Part shown: positions 26,097-35,129 of the stretch, piece by piece | How the letters are laid out: the number at the start of each line of letters is the position of its first letter | Numbering within the stretch: position 1 is the first letter of the stretch | Source: a virus | Virus record (IMG/VR): IMGVR_UViG_3300025070_000022 | Coordinates: 1 to 64,000 of that record | Reading direction: 5' to 3' (one strand) | Length of the DNA: 64,000 nucleotides | Made by a program: the position numbers and the translations under genes | The notes under the pieces: model-generated | The model's database searches: none | What the model saw: the letters and a program-made list of their open reading frames with translations, nothing else | What the model was told of the DNA's origin: nothing

Positions 26097-26502
26097 GAAT
26101 ATCTTAATAGGTATTCTTTTGAGCAAACCTGCTTACAACATAGAATTCTTTAGAAGTCCAAATTCTAGACTAGGTTATAGCATTAGGCCACGCATAGTCA
26201 TAAGAGGAAATCTACCTTTACTCCACCAAATAAATAGAACCCTTTCTCTCTACGGAATAGTTAATTCAGTGAAAGAAGTAGAGAACAAAAAAAGACCAAA
26301 ACCAATACTGGTAATTAGGGGCATTGAAAACAATGCTAAGACAATGGCTCTTATTCCCGAACACCTATTACAATTACAAAATCACATTCAAGAACACAAT
26401 GATGTTGTTCAAATGCTAGTTAGAAAGGAACACCTAACTCTAACTGGTATAGAAAACATAATGAAAATTAGAGGAATTATAAATGGCACTGACTACGATT
26501 GA
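26086..26502 (+). CDS. Stand-alone LAGLIDADG-fold protein, likely nuclease-inactive
   Basis: GYSIRPRIVI, C-terminal HLTLTGIENI typical of I-CreI-like proteins; N-helix LIGILLSKP lacks acidic residue. Confidence 0.6.
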   Translation: MLNKNILIGILLSKPAYNIEFFRSPNSRLGYSIRPRIVIRGNLPLLHQINRTLSLYGIVNSVKEVENKKRPKPILVIRGIENNAKTMALIPEHLLQLQNHIQEHNDVVQMLVRKEHLTLTGIENIMKIRGIINGTDYD

Positions 26503-27328
26503 AAACAAGAAACCAACAATAATTGTCGGAAAGGCAGGAACAGGGAAGAGTACTCAAGCAAGACAAATATTGCCTAATGCTATCGTACTTTATGCTGACG
26601 AAATGAATATACGAGATGTTCTTTCCTTTCCTTTAGAACTAGGAATCATAATCGAAGATGTTCATTACAAACCAAAGACCGATGAAATTCTAAATGTCTT
26701 AAGAAAGTATCGAGGTACTATCGTCTTAACAAGCATAAATCAAAAATCAATACCTAATGAAATTAAAAATATGGTTAAGATAAAAAGAGCGGGTAAGATA
26801 AATTATAGACAAGAGCGGTTTGCAGAACTAGCCCCTAGAAGTCAAGAACCTAATAATTTAGAACGAGATGTATTTTCCTTAGTATTGGACTATCTAAGAG
26901 AAAGCGATAGAGAGCAGGTTTTAGAATTGATAGAATTCAATAACCCTCCCGATGTTCAAATAATAAGTTGGTTGGCTGAAAACATTCATCCTAACCGCCT
27001 ACTATTCATAGACACTGTAGTAAAAAGAAGATGGCCTCCCCGCTACTTCAAAGAAATGCTAGCCTATTCTCACAGTGGAAAAACATTCACTAGACCTAGA
27101 ATGCCTCAACGGAGAACCTATTCCAAAGTACCTAGCCTTTGTAGAAGGTTGGGGCTAAAGGGTAGTGATGAAAGGATACTTAGACAACTTCTCAAAGATG
27201 AAGCGTTTTCTAATTTCGCTAAAACCAAATTAAACAATTCCGAGTGTAGACTTTTAGGTTTGGGCGAGAAGAGAAAAAGAAAGCCGAAAAAGAAGACGAC
27301 TAAACGCATATCATTTGGTGAATTCTAA
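26483..27328 (+). CDS. rfcL: Replication factor C large subunit-like AAA+ protein
   Basis: GKAGTGKS, IIIEDV; basic tail ending in PIP-like RISFGEF. Confidence 0.65.
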   Translation: MALTTIENKKPTIIVGKAGTGKSTQARQILPNAIVLYADEMNIRDVLSFPLELGIIIEDVHYKPKTDEILNVLRKYRGTIVLTSINQKSIPNEIKNMVKIKRAGKINYRQERFAELAPRSQEPNNLERDVFSLVLDYLRESDREQVLELIEFNNPPDVQIISWLAENIHPNRLLFIDTVVKRRWPPRYFKEMLAYSHSGKTFTRPRMPQRRTYSKVPSLCRRLGLKGSDERILRQLLKDEAFSNFAKTKLNNSECRLLGLGEKRKRKPKKKTTKRISFGEF

Positions 27329-27516
27329 TGGCTAATGAAGTGGCAATAAGGCACTTGAAAAAGTACCTAAGTAGTGGTTCCAAAACCACAGATGAAATCT
27401 ATAATCATCTAAATAAAAAACTAAAGTGGGGTATCAGCATGCCCGAACTTAGCAAAATGTTACCTAAGTTTGCTAGGTTAATTTCTATAGAAGAAGGCTG
27501 GAGGAATAAAAATTGA
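27328..27516 (+). CDS. Winged-helix-like paralog
   Basis: LKKYLSSGSKTTDEIYNHL. Confidence 0.6.
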   Translation: MANEVAIRHLKKYLSSGSKTTDEIYNHLNKKLKWGISMPELSKMLPKFARLISIEEGWRNKN

Positions 27517-27761
27517 AACACATAAGACTAACAAATAAAATAAAGACATATTTAACAGAAAACGGACCAAAGAATACTAGAGAAATACAAGTCCACTGTT
27601 CTAAATTAAAGAATAAAAAGACTGGCTCGAAATCTAATGTAATGTATAATCAAAATATGAATGTGATTGGAAATCTAATGCGAAGAAAATACTTCGTAAA
27701 GGTTGGACATGATAAAAAAGTTGCCTTAGATATTTGGGCAATAAAGGAGGAATACAAATGA
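27513..27761 (+). CDS. Winged-helix-like paralog
   Basis: YLTENGPKNTREI...IGNLMRRKYFVKVG...IWAI. Confidence 0.65.
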   Translation: MKHIRLTNKIKTYLTENGPKNTREIQVHCSKLKNKKTGSKSNVMYNQNMNVIGNLMRRKYFVKVGHDKKVALDIWAIKEEYK

Positions 27762-28045
27762 AACACAAAAGACTACAAAATAAAATAATTCAATTACTTG
27801 AGAACGAAGGAAAACCGATGAACACAAAACAAATCGTAGACCATCTATCTACATTGAAGACGACTCAAGTTGTCAAGAATAAGAATACTATTTATCAGTA
27901 CGAATCGGAAACTGCCTTTTGGCAACAACACAAAAGAGTGGTTGGCCAAATAATGAAGAGAAAACAATTTGATAACTTAGGCTATGATAATGAAACTAGA
28001 ACTAGCATTTGGGGATTACGAGGTGTAGCATATGCTATGGACTGA
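27758..28045 (+). CDS. Winged-helix-like paralog
   Basis: LLENEGKPMNTKQI...VGQIMKRKQFDNLG...IWGL. Confidence 0.65.
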   Translation: MKHKRLQNKIIQLLENEGKPMNTKQIVDHLSTLKTTQVVKNKNTIYQYESETAFWQQHKRVVGQIMKRKQFDNLGYDNETRTSIWGLRGVAYAMD

Positions 28046-28937
28046 GAAGTATAGACCAAGTAAATTATCCGATGTACTGGGACAAGAACCATTTGTAATG
28101 GATGCTGAACATTGGGTTCTAGACAGACAATGCCCCAACCTACTGTTGTATGGTAATTCCGGTACTGGAAAAACAGGGGCCGCAGTTGCCCTAGCAAATG
28201 CTATTCTAGGCAAAGATGCAACCTCAAACTTTTTTGAAATTAATGCTTCCGATGATAGAAGATTGGAAACAGTTAGAACTAAAATCAAAAACATTGCACA
28301 AGAGTCTTCGATTGGAGATGTACCCTTTAGAATGATTCTTTTAGATGAGATGGATGGTATGACTACTGATGCTCAAAACGCTCTTAAGCGTTTGATGGAG
28401 CGTTACGAATCTAATATACGATTCATCATTACTTGTAATAATAGGAACAAGATTATCTATGCTTTACAATCTAGATGTGCAAACTACTTCTTCAAAAACC
28501 TCACATTTGAAGTCATTGAAGAAGCAATTGTTAGAATCCTAGAGTCCGAGGGACACCCCGTACCCGAAGAAATAAGGCAGTTCATATACTCCTTCAACGG
28601 TGATATGAGAAGGACACTTACCGAATTACAGGCATCAGTCGCATCCGGCATCCGGCTCAACCTGCAAATCGAAAAAGGCCTCAAAAAGTACGAACAAATT
28701 ACAATGAACATATTGAATAGCAATCCAAACGAAGCACTGAAAAATCTACATAATCTAATCTACGATGGAATCTCTACTAAGGAGATTTGCGTAGGATTAC
28801 ATGATTATATCATTTCTTCCGAGATGGACAGTAAAAAGAAATTGAAATTCCTACGAGTAATTGGTGAAGGAGAATGGCGTTCCCACAACATGACCCCTAA
28901 ATTACTTGTTTCATGGATGGTGGGAAATCTACAATAA
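28032..28937 (+). CDS. rfcS: Replication factor C small subunit (clamp loader)
   Basis: WTEKYRP, GNSGTGKT, EINASDDR, LDEMD, AQNALKR, LQSRC, GDMR. Confidence 0.93.
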   Translation: MLWTEKYRPSKLSDVLGQEPFVMDAEHWVLDRQCPNLLLYGNSGTGKTGAAVALANAILGKDATSNFFEINASDDRRLETVRTKIKNIAQESSIGDVPFRMILLDEMDGMTTDAQNALKRLMERYESNIRFIITCNNRNKIIYALQSRCANYFFKNLTFEVIEEAIVRILESEGHPVPEEIRQFIYSFNGDMRRTLTELQASVASGIRLNLQIEKGLKKYEQITMNILNSNPNEALKNLHNLIYDGISTKEICVGLHDYIISSEMDSKKKLKFLRVIGEGEWRSHNMTPKLLVSWMVGNLQ

Positions 28938-28950
28938 GGAGGTAAAAAAA

Positions 28951-30153
28951 ATGCAAAACGAAATAAACAAAGCGGCAGAGAAGTTAGGCATCTCGCAAGA
29001 AGATGCACAACTGAAATTTGAAGAGATATGCAAAGCGAATGGTGTAGAAACCGACTCGACCTTGGCAAAAGGTCTGTGGCGAGCCTACGCTCATCAGCAG
29101 ATAAGCATGAAAAAGAGAACGAACAACAACACCGAGCGTAAATCATTTGGAGATACGGCTTTCGGTTTCTTTGTTTCCCTAGAGGAACCAAGAGATATGA
29201 TGGCTTACAACCGACGAAGAGCGATTGAAGAATGGAAGCGTGATGCTTACAAAGCCTATCAAGAAGGTTTTGTTGCTACTGTTGAAGAAACAGAAGACGG
29301 CAAGTACACTGTAAGTCGAGTGTTCGATGGTGAGGAACAAACTAGAACTCTAGCAGTACTAGCAGACGGAGCAGAGACTCTAGAAGACGGCACTATTGTC
29401 ATTCCCTTAGATGTTACTAAGCGTTATACTAATGGTGGAGAAAACAAGAACTACGGGAAGCCATTGGCCAAAGAACTAATGCGCCGAAGTGGACTCTTCG
29501 TTGGTAAAGTCGGTGACGATTCCGACTACCAATTGTACTACTTCTCTTACAAGAATCAAAACGGTGTTGACTTCCTACCAAGAACCTTTGAGTACATTCA
29601 CATGCCAGTGATTAAGGATAGTAATAGAGAAGGATACATCTACGGATACACTAAGAAGACTTTGGAAGGTTGGGAATACAATGCGGAAATGGACCCCGAA
29701 GGTGACAACCATCGAGAAACTCCAATGACACCCTACAACTTAGTCAGCAGTATCCTAGCAGATAAGGTAGTTTCTCTATCTCTTCTTGATGATAGGCACA
29801 TGGAACAGCGTGACCTGCCATCAGTTGAACGATTTGTGATTACTATGGGTACTGTGTGTAATATGAACATGACTCCTACTTCTAACGGAAATAGAATCTT
29901 GAACATCACTGACCTTAACGCAGACTTCGACTACGACACTGACGGAATGACTACTTGTTGGGTTCCCCAACATATCGAAGTTGACTTTGGTATTGGTTCC
30001 GAAATTGTTGTTGTTGGTCGTACTTCTATGCGAGAAGGTGATGATGGCATGGAGCCTTCTACCATCAACTTGTCTGGACTTCTAGTTACTGAAAGAAAGG
30101 GACAAGTCGTTGAGATTACCGAAGACGAAGAAGAAAACCTTGATTGGTTTTAA
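28951..30153 (+). CDS. RPA/SSB-like OB-fold ssDNA-binding protein
   Basis: C-terminal OB-like strands, acidic tail EDEEENLDWF; replisome context. Confidence 0.55.
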   Translation: MQNEINKAAEKLGISQEDAQLKFEEICKANGVETDSTLAKGLWRAYAHQQISMKKRTNNNTERKSFGDTAFGFFVSLEEPRDMMAYNRRRAIEEWKRDAYKAYQEGFVATVEETEDGKYTVSRVFDGEEQTRTLAVLADGAETLEDGTIVIPLDVTKRYTNGGENKNYGKPLAKELMRRSGLFVGKVGDDSDYQLYYFSYKNQNGVDFLPRTFEYIHMPVIKDSNREGYIYGYTKKTLEGWEYNAEMDPEGDNHRETPMTPYNLVSSILADKVVSLSLLDDRHMEQRDLPSVERFVITMGTVCNMNMTPTSNGNRILNITDLNADFDYDTDGMTTCWVPQHIEVDFGIGSEIVVVGRTSMREGDDGMEPSTINLSGLLVTERKGQVVEITEDEEENLDWF

Positions 30154-30244
30154 GTCGGCTAACTAACTCTAATGTGCGTGTGCAAGCAAGTTACCATATA
30201 ATGTTGCTCAAATGGGTGCGAAGCCCATTAACACGGTGAAAACT

Positions 30245-30499
30245 ATGAATCAATTAACGATAACAGAAAATATGATTAAAACAAGCAGGGCTATTATTTC
30301 CTTTAGAAATATTGCTCACATTTCTTGGAAGTCCGATAGAAAATACAAGGAAGAAATAGACAATGACGAAATATTCTACGATGTTAGAATTTATTCTAAT
30401 TCATCAAAGGCAGACGCTATTCGACAAATGATGAATGAAAAAGAATTTATGAAACTAGCGGCGAACTATACTAATTGGGTGAATGCTAATGAGCGATAA
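30245..30499 (+). CDS. Small beta-rich protein, paralog of next gene
   Basis: ISFRNIAHISWK...YDVRIY. Confidence 0.65.
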   Translation: MNQLTITENMIKTSRAIISFRNIAHISWKSDRKYKEEIDNDEIFYDVRIYSNSSKADAIRQMMNEKEFMKLAANYTNWVNANER

Positions 30500-30710
30500 T
30501 ATTATTTTTGAAGAAGGTTTTCTTACCAAGGTAAATACTTGGACTGTGTGCATGACTGATATTCAGTTTATCACATGGAAAGAAAACTACGAAACTGGTA
30601 GTTACTTTGTTAAACTCCACATCGGAGATAAGGAAACTAGACTACAACTAGACACAGTAGAAGAAGTAGAACAACTAGTCCAAGAATGGACAACATCAAA
30701 AGGTGAATAA
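30489..30710 (+). CDS. Small beta-rich protein, paralog of previous gene
   Basis: VCMTDIQFITWK...YFVKLH. Confidence 0.65.
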   Translation: MSDNIIFEEGFLTKVNTWTVCMTDIQFITWKENYETGSYFVKLHIGDKETRLQLDTVEEVEQLVQEWTTSKGE

Positions 30711-30712
30711 AA

Positions 30713-31501
30713 ATGCAAAAAAGAAAAGAAGAACAAACGGAGATTGACATTGACAGTATGAGGGCCAAGATTCTAGCACAGACTAAGATGGCTAAGGACA
30801 CCCCTAGGAGAATGCGACTAGGAATAGAAGGTGATGCTAAGACTGGCAAGAGTGGAATAGCAATGGATACTGATAAGCGAACCTTCTACTTAGATGTAGA
30901 CGATGGCGGAGTACCTACTTGGAAAGCAAACCACGATTCGACTGATAGAATTACTATCTACAATCCGGCTGAATACGGAGAAGATGGAGAACTGCTACCA
31001 TATCAAACACAAGGAAACATTAGGTCTTTCATTGCTCTAGCAAGAGAAGCGGCTAAGACAGAAGATATTCTGTTTGTTTGGGATGGAATTGATACATGGC
31101 TTGAGTACTGTACTCTTTACATGACAGGAATGGAGAATGCTAGAATGCGACCTATGAAGACAGCAAAACAACAAGATTGGTGGCAACGAAACAATCCTTT
31201 TAGACAAGTTCTAAAGGAAGCCAAGGCTATTGACTGTGACCAAATTTACATCACTCATACTAAACCTCCCTTTAGAGATGAAGACCCACAACCAATTTGG
31301 AATAAGTGGGACTCCCATCTTTGGGGAGTAATCCGAACTACCCAAAGAAACACCGTCAAAGGTATGGAATACGAAGCCTATGTTAAAAGTAGTAAGTACT
31401 TCCCTAACCTCTTAAATAAGAGGTTTAGCGTCTTGACTGTTAGCCGAGAAGGTGAGGTTACATGGAAGGGATTGGACTGTGTTAAGAGTGGTGAAATTTG
31501 A
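30713..31501 (+). CDS. RecA-superfamily (Sak4/AAA_24-like) ATPase
   Basis: GDAKTGKS, YLDVDDG, VWDGIDT, ITH. Confidence 0.75.
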   Translation: MQKRKEEQTEIDIDSMRAKILAQTKMAKDTPRRMRLGIEGDAKTGKSGIAMDTDKRTFYLDVDDGGVPTWKANHDSTDRITIYNPAEYGEDGELLPYQTQGNIRSFIALAREAAKTEDILFVWDGIDTWLEYCTLYMTGMENARMRPMKTAKQQDWWQRNNPFRQVLKEAKAIDCDQIYITHTKPPFRDEDPQPIWNKWDSHLWGVIRTTQRNTVKGMEYEAYVKSSKYFPNLLNKRFSVLTVSREGEVTWKGLDCVKSGEI

Positions 31502-32331
31502 TGCAACTAAGAGTTGAATCAAAGGAACTACTAGATGCAATCACAAGCGTAAAAGGTGCTGGAAAGTACTCGGTTGCTAGTGGTCTTAAGAGCGATAGTA
31601 TTGGCGACTTTACTTTCTTGGTACAACTAAATGACTCGTTAGAAGTTTGGAACGCTGATGCTGGTTTCATTCTTAGAGTTTCTATTCCACTAGTTGAAGT
31701 TTCTCAAGAAGAAGCAAATACAGTTTGGACACAGACTAAGGATTTGGGTGTCAATGCAACGCTAAGAATATCGGAAATAATTCCAATCTTGAAGAAATTC
31801 AAGGGGCAGATTACTATTGAAGGAGGTACTAGACTAACAATTACAGATACTAGTTCTAACCAATTTACTCTAAATACAGTACAGGTTCATCCTAGTTTAG
31901 ATGTAATTCATAGAGTTTCTGCAATGAATCGTCTAATCGTAGAAGAAGGAATGCCATACTTTAACACTACACAATACGAAGGTCACATTTCTATGGACGC
32001 TAAGGTGTTCTCTAGGACAATGGAGTTTTGTGAGTTAGTGGGTACAGGAATCTATGAAATAGACTTCAAGGCTGTTTCCGATACACCTACATTAGAATCT
32101 CCTTCTGTTCGTTTTTCATCTACTGATAGAGGTCGAAAGTCTTACTCACATGAATTAACCACAGAAGAATTACTACACTCAACAGGACAGTCTGCTACTG
32201 TTCTTTTCAGTGGACCCATCCATAAATTCTTCAAAAGCGGAACTATTGAGTTCTATTTGAAAGATGCTTTCCCGTTGCTTTTGGTGGGAGAAGACCGACT
32301 ATTGATTAAAACGCCAAGACTAGAAGAGTGA
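31498..32331 (+). CDS. PCNA-like sliding clamp
   Basis: 277 aa two-domain beta-rich pattern ending FPLLL...IKTPR; next to PolB and RFC. Confidence 0.55.
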   Translation: MMQLRVESKELLDAITSVKGAGKYSVASGLKSDSIGDFTFLVQLNDSLEVWNADAGFILRVSIPLVEVSQEEANTVWTQTKDLGVNATLRISEIIPILKKFKGQITIEGGTRLTITDTSSNQFTLNTVQVHPSLDVIHRVSAMNRLIVEEGMPYFNTTQYEGHISMDAKVFSRTMEFCELVGTGIYEIDFKAVSDTPTLESPSVRFSSTDRGRKSYSHELTTEELLHSTGQSATVLFSGPIHKFFKSGTIEFYLKDAFPLLLVGEDRLLIKTPRLEE

Positions 32332-32335
32332 TTAA

Positions 32336-34081
32336 ATGATAATCTCACATAATAATTCAAATATTTACATATCGTGGAGAGAAAATGGTACTAAGCACGA
32401 TTCTACTATTCCGTTTCGCCCATACTTTTTTGTGGAAGAGACTAGTAAGGAACCACCTACTTACCAGCCTAGTAAGTACATTACTAGGGAAATAGAATAC
32501 GAGAGAGGCGATTGGGTTAATCTTGAAGGTACTCGATTGAAGAAAGTCTATGCAGAAATGCCGGAAGACTTGAGGAATTTGAAGAGTTCCTTTTCTAGAA
32601 CTTACGAGGCTGATGTACCTTACCCCTACAGATATTGTGTAGACCGATTAGAAGAAATCAAAGAGTACGATATGCGTAAGTGGTATTGGGATATGGAATG
32701 GCAACAAGGTGGAGAACACCATGATAAGATTACTACTATTGTAATGTATGATAATTACGATAAGGAATACTATCAATGGGTTTGGTTTCCCGACCAAGAA
32801 CCCTATGATGGATTCAAAGCCTCCACTGATAAAGCACAACATTTATCGGTCTTTAATACAGAAGAAGAAATGATTGAATCTTTCTTGACTACAATGATAG
32901 AGAAAGACCCCGACATGTTAATTGCATGGTTTGGTAATTGGGCCGACCTTCCTAAGTTGTTTTCTAGATGTGCCTTCTACGATATTGACCCTAGCGTTAT
33001 TTCTCCTTTGGGAGTTGTTGATGGTATAAAGGTCAAAGACGGTAAGGTAAGATTCACTAAAGAAGAGAATGGCTATCACGCTACTGCTCAACCCATCCGA
33101 GGTAGGATTACACTAAACTTGGACATGGCTTTTGAAAGACAATGGAATGATGCACAAAAAGGCACACTACCTAGTCTCTCTCTAGATTATGTTTCTACTG
33201 CATTATTCGGTGAAGGTAAATCTAAGGAAACTAAATTTGAAGATGCTAACGAGTTTTATCGTAGAGGTTGGCTAGAAGACACTCAAGCCTACTTGAAGTA
33301 TGCTTTGATAGATGTAGAATTACTAGTAAAGATTGATGAAACTAACTTCTGTAGTGAAGCCATTCTTTCTTTACAGCGATTACTAATTGCTCCTTTCGAT
33401 GCTTGCTTCTTTGCTTCTAACATGGGTTCAATCTACTTTATGAGAAACGCTTGGTGGAAAGCCCCAACGGGAGAGAAGCCTAAGTTCAAAGTCTGCGATA
33501 AGTGCAATCATAAGAATCCAAACGAGAAGACACTAAGAGAGTGTAAGAAGTGCGGAGCAAGCCTATCTTATTCGGGTGCTATGATTTACAATCCTACTGA
33601 CGAAGGTACTAACGGGTTGCATTACAATGTAGCCGCTTTTGACTTTGCTGGTCTTTATCCTAGTATGATTATTGCTAGGAATATCTCGTTTGAAACTCTT
33701 ACAGAAGAGCCAACACTATTCAGTGCTGACTTGAATACTCCACAGAATCTACAGCCCGTAGCAGAAGACTACGAGAAAGACATGCGCTATTTCAAGACTG
33801 ACGAATTGGGACTATTGCCTCGCTCTCTTATCGACTTGAAAGAGTTGAGAGGCGAGTACAAGAAGTACATGAAAGAGGCTAGGAAGGCTGGAGATAAGGA
33901 GGCTGTTGTTAAGTGGAACAACAATCAAATGGCTGTAAAGCGTTTGATGGCTTCCTTCTATGGTATCCTTGCCTTCAAGGGATTCGGTTGGGCGAATGTA
34001 GACCTAGCCGCTAGCATTACTGCTAGTGCAAGAGAGGCTATTCGTAAGGCCGCATTTACAGCAAGGGAGATGGAAGGATGA
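32336..34081 (+). CDS. polB: Family B DNA polymerase, N-terminal part (3'-5' exo, motifs A and B)
   Basis: WDME, YALID, DFAGLYPS, K.LMASFYG; CDKC...CKKC insertion; ends before motif C. Confidence 0.93.
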   Translation: MIISHNNSNIYISWRENGTKHDSTIPFRPYFFVEETSKEPPTYQPSKYITREIEYERGDWVNLEGTRLKKVYAEMPEDLRNLKSSFSRTYEADVPYPYRYCVDRLEEIKEYDMRKWYWDMEWQQGGEHHDKITTIVMYDNYDKEYYQWVWFPDQEPYDGFKASTDKAQHLSVFNTEEEMIESFLTTMIEKDPDMLIAWFGNWADLPKLFSRCAFYDIDPSVISPLGVVDGIKVKDGKVRFTKEENGYHATAQPIRGRITLNLDMAFERQWNDAQKGTLPSLSLDYVSTALFGEGKSKETKFEDANEFYRRGWLEDTQAYLKYALIDVELLVKIDETNFCSEAILSLQRLLIAPFDACFFASNMGSIYFMRNAWWKAPTGEKPKFKVCDKCNHKNPNEKTLRECKKCGASLSYSGAMIYNPTDEGTNGLHYNVAAFDFAGLYPSMIIARNISFETLTEEPTLFSADLNTPQNLQPVAEDYEKDMRYFKTDELGLLPRSLIDLKELRGEYKKYMKEARKAGDKEAVVKWNNNQMAVKRLMASFYGILAFKGFGWANVDLAASITASAREAIRKAAFTAREMEG

Positions 34082-34317
34082 GTTCACAATTAAGTAAATT
34101 ACCACCACATGAAGGCTTAGGAGAAATTGTATTACTAGAAGCCGAAGAAGAAACAGGTGATATTAGTTTCTACAGACCGTGTTTATATCGTTGGAGTGCA
34201 GAAGAAATGTCTGCGTATGAAACTAAAAATGATAGAAGTAATTTTGGTTGGTGTGTTTATGGTGCTAATCCTGTTTATGGTGTGTTGGCATGGATAGTAA
34301 AGGAGGATGAGAAATGA
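34078..34317 (+). CDS. Hypothetical protein inside polB split
   Basis: ATGA-coupled ORF. Confidence 0.6.
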   Translation: MSSQLSKLPPHEGLGEIVLLEAEEETGDISFYRPCLYRWSAEEMSAYETKNDRSNFGWCVYGANPVYGVLAWIVKEDEK

Positions 34318-34424
34318 AGTGCATAAAACCAATGATACACAGACCGGAATTTGAAAGCAGTCGTCACTGTAAATTGTGTGAAGCAGAACGAATCATCAAG
34401 GAAATAACAGGTGAAGAAGAATGA
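34314..34424 (+). CDS. Micro Zn-binding protein (36 aa) inside polB split
   Basis: MKCIKPMIHRPEFESSRHCKLCEAERIIKEITGEEE. Confidence 0.55.
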   Translation: MKCIKPMIHRPEFESSRHCKLCEAERIIKEITGEEE

Positions 34425-34621
34425 GTAAAAGAATACGAAGAACCGGCGTTGCTTGCACAGTATGTGGGGAAACCACTACTTCGGTTTATGCGAAAATTCA
34501 ATCAACAAAGAATTATAGAAGCATAGGAGGGGTTTGTTCTAATCTCCATTTTTTCCCAAAAAATCAAGATAACGAAGGATGGAAACACATTAACAGATTT
34601 ATTACAGGTGAAGAAGAATGA
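34421..34621 (+). CDS. Micro Zn-finger protein inside polB split
   Basis: CTVCG...CSNLH; flanked by 18-bp direct repeat. Confidence 0.6.
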   Translation: MSKRIRRTGVACTVCGETTTSVYAKIQSTKNYRSIGGVCSNLHFFPKNQDNEGWKHINRFITGEEE

Positions 34622-34799
34622 TTGAAATAGTAAAAGCCTTCGCCCTAGAAACATCAAAGGTGATAATAAATGAATGACAGATGTGTTAGATGCAAAAGCA
34701 ATGTGAGGATTACCCATCCTTCAAAGTGCTACTGCTTCTCATGCTATGTCAAATACTACAGAAGAACTGTAGTCAATAATAATAAAAGAGGAATAAAAA

Positions 34800-34955
34800 A
34801 TGTTTAATTTAGATGAATTAATTGAAGTACAAAAAACAACAAACGGAACACTCAGCGAACTACTGGCTAATGTCAAGAGAAGTAATAAGATTTTGATGAT
34901 GGTCAACATTGTCAACATTGCTACTATCGTCACCTTATTGGTGGTGGTTCTGTGA
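34800..34955 (+). CDS. Micro coiled-coil membrane-anchored protein inside polB split
   Basis: MFNLDELIEVQK...ILMMVNIVNIATIVTLLVVVL. Confidence 0.55.
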   Translation: MFNLDELIEVQKTTNGTLSELLANVKRSNKILMMVNIVNIATIVTLLVVVL

Positions 34956-35129
34956 ATTTACCTTACTGGTATTTAACAGAACTAACTCATAGTCCAGTTG
35001 GAGAATTACTATATTTTACGATAGTTTTGATTCCGTTTAGACTTGCTTTAAAATATTTATACAAGAGTTGGAAAAGTAATGATAGACAACCTAGTTTTTG
35101 GGATGATTACGATACGGAGGTTCGATAAT

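Noticed and set aside
34082-35129. Split intein or group I/II intron in polB
   Set aside because: No intein N-terminal C/S block or C-terminal HN; interval is filled with coupled micro-ORFs and lacks recognisable intron structure
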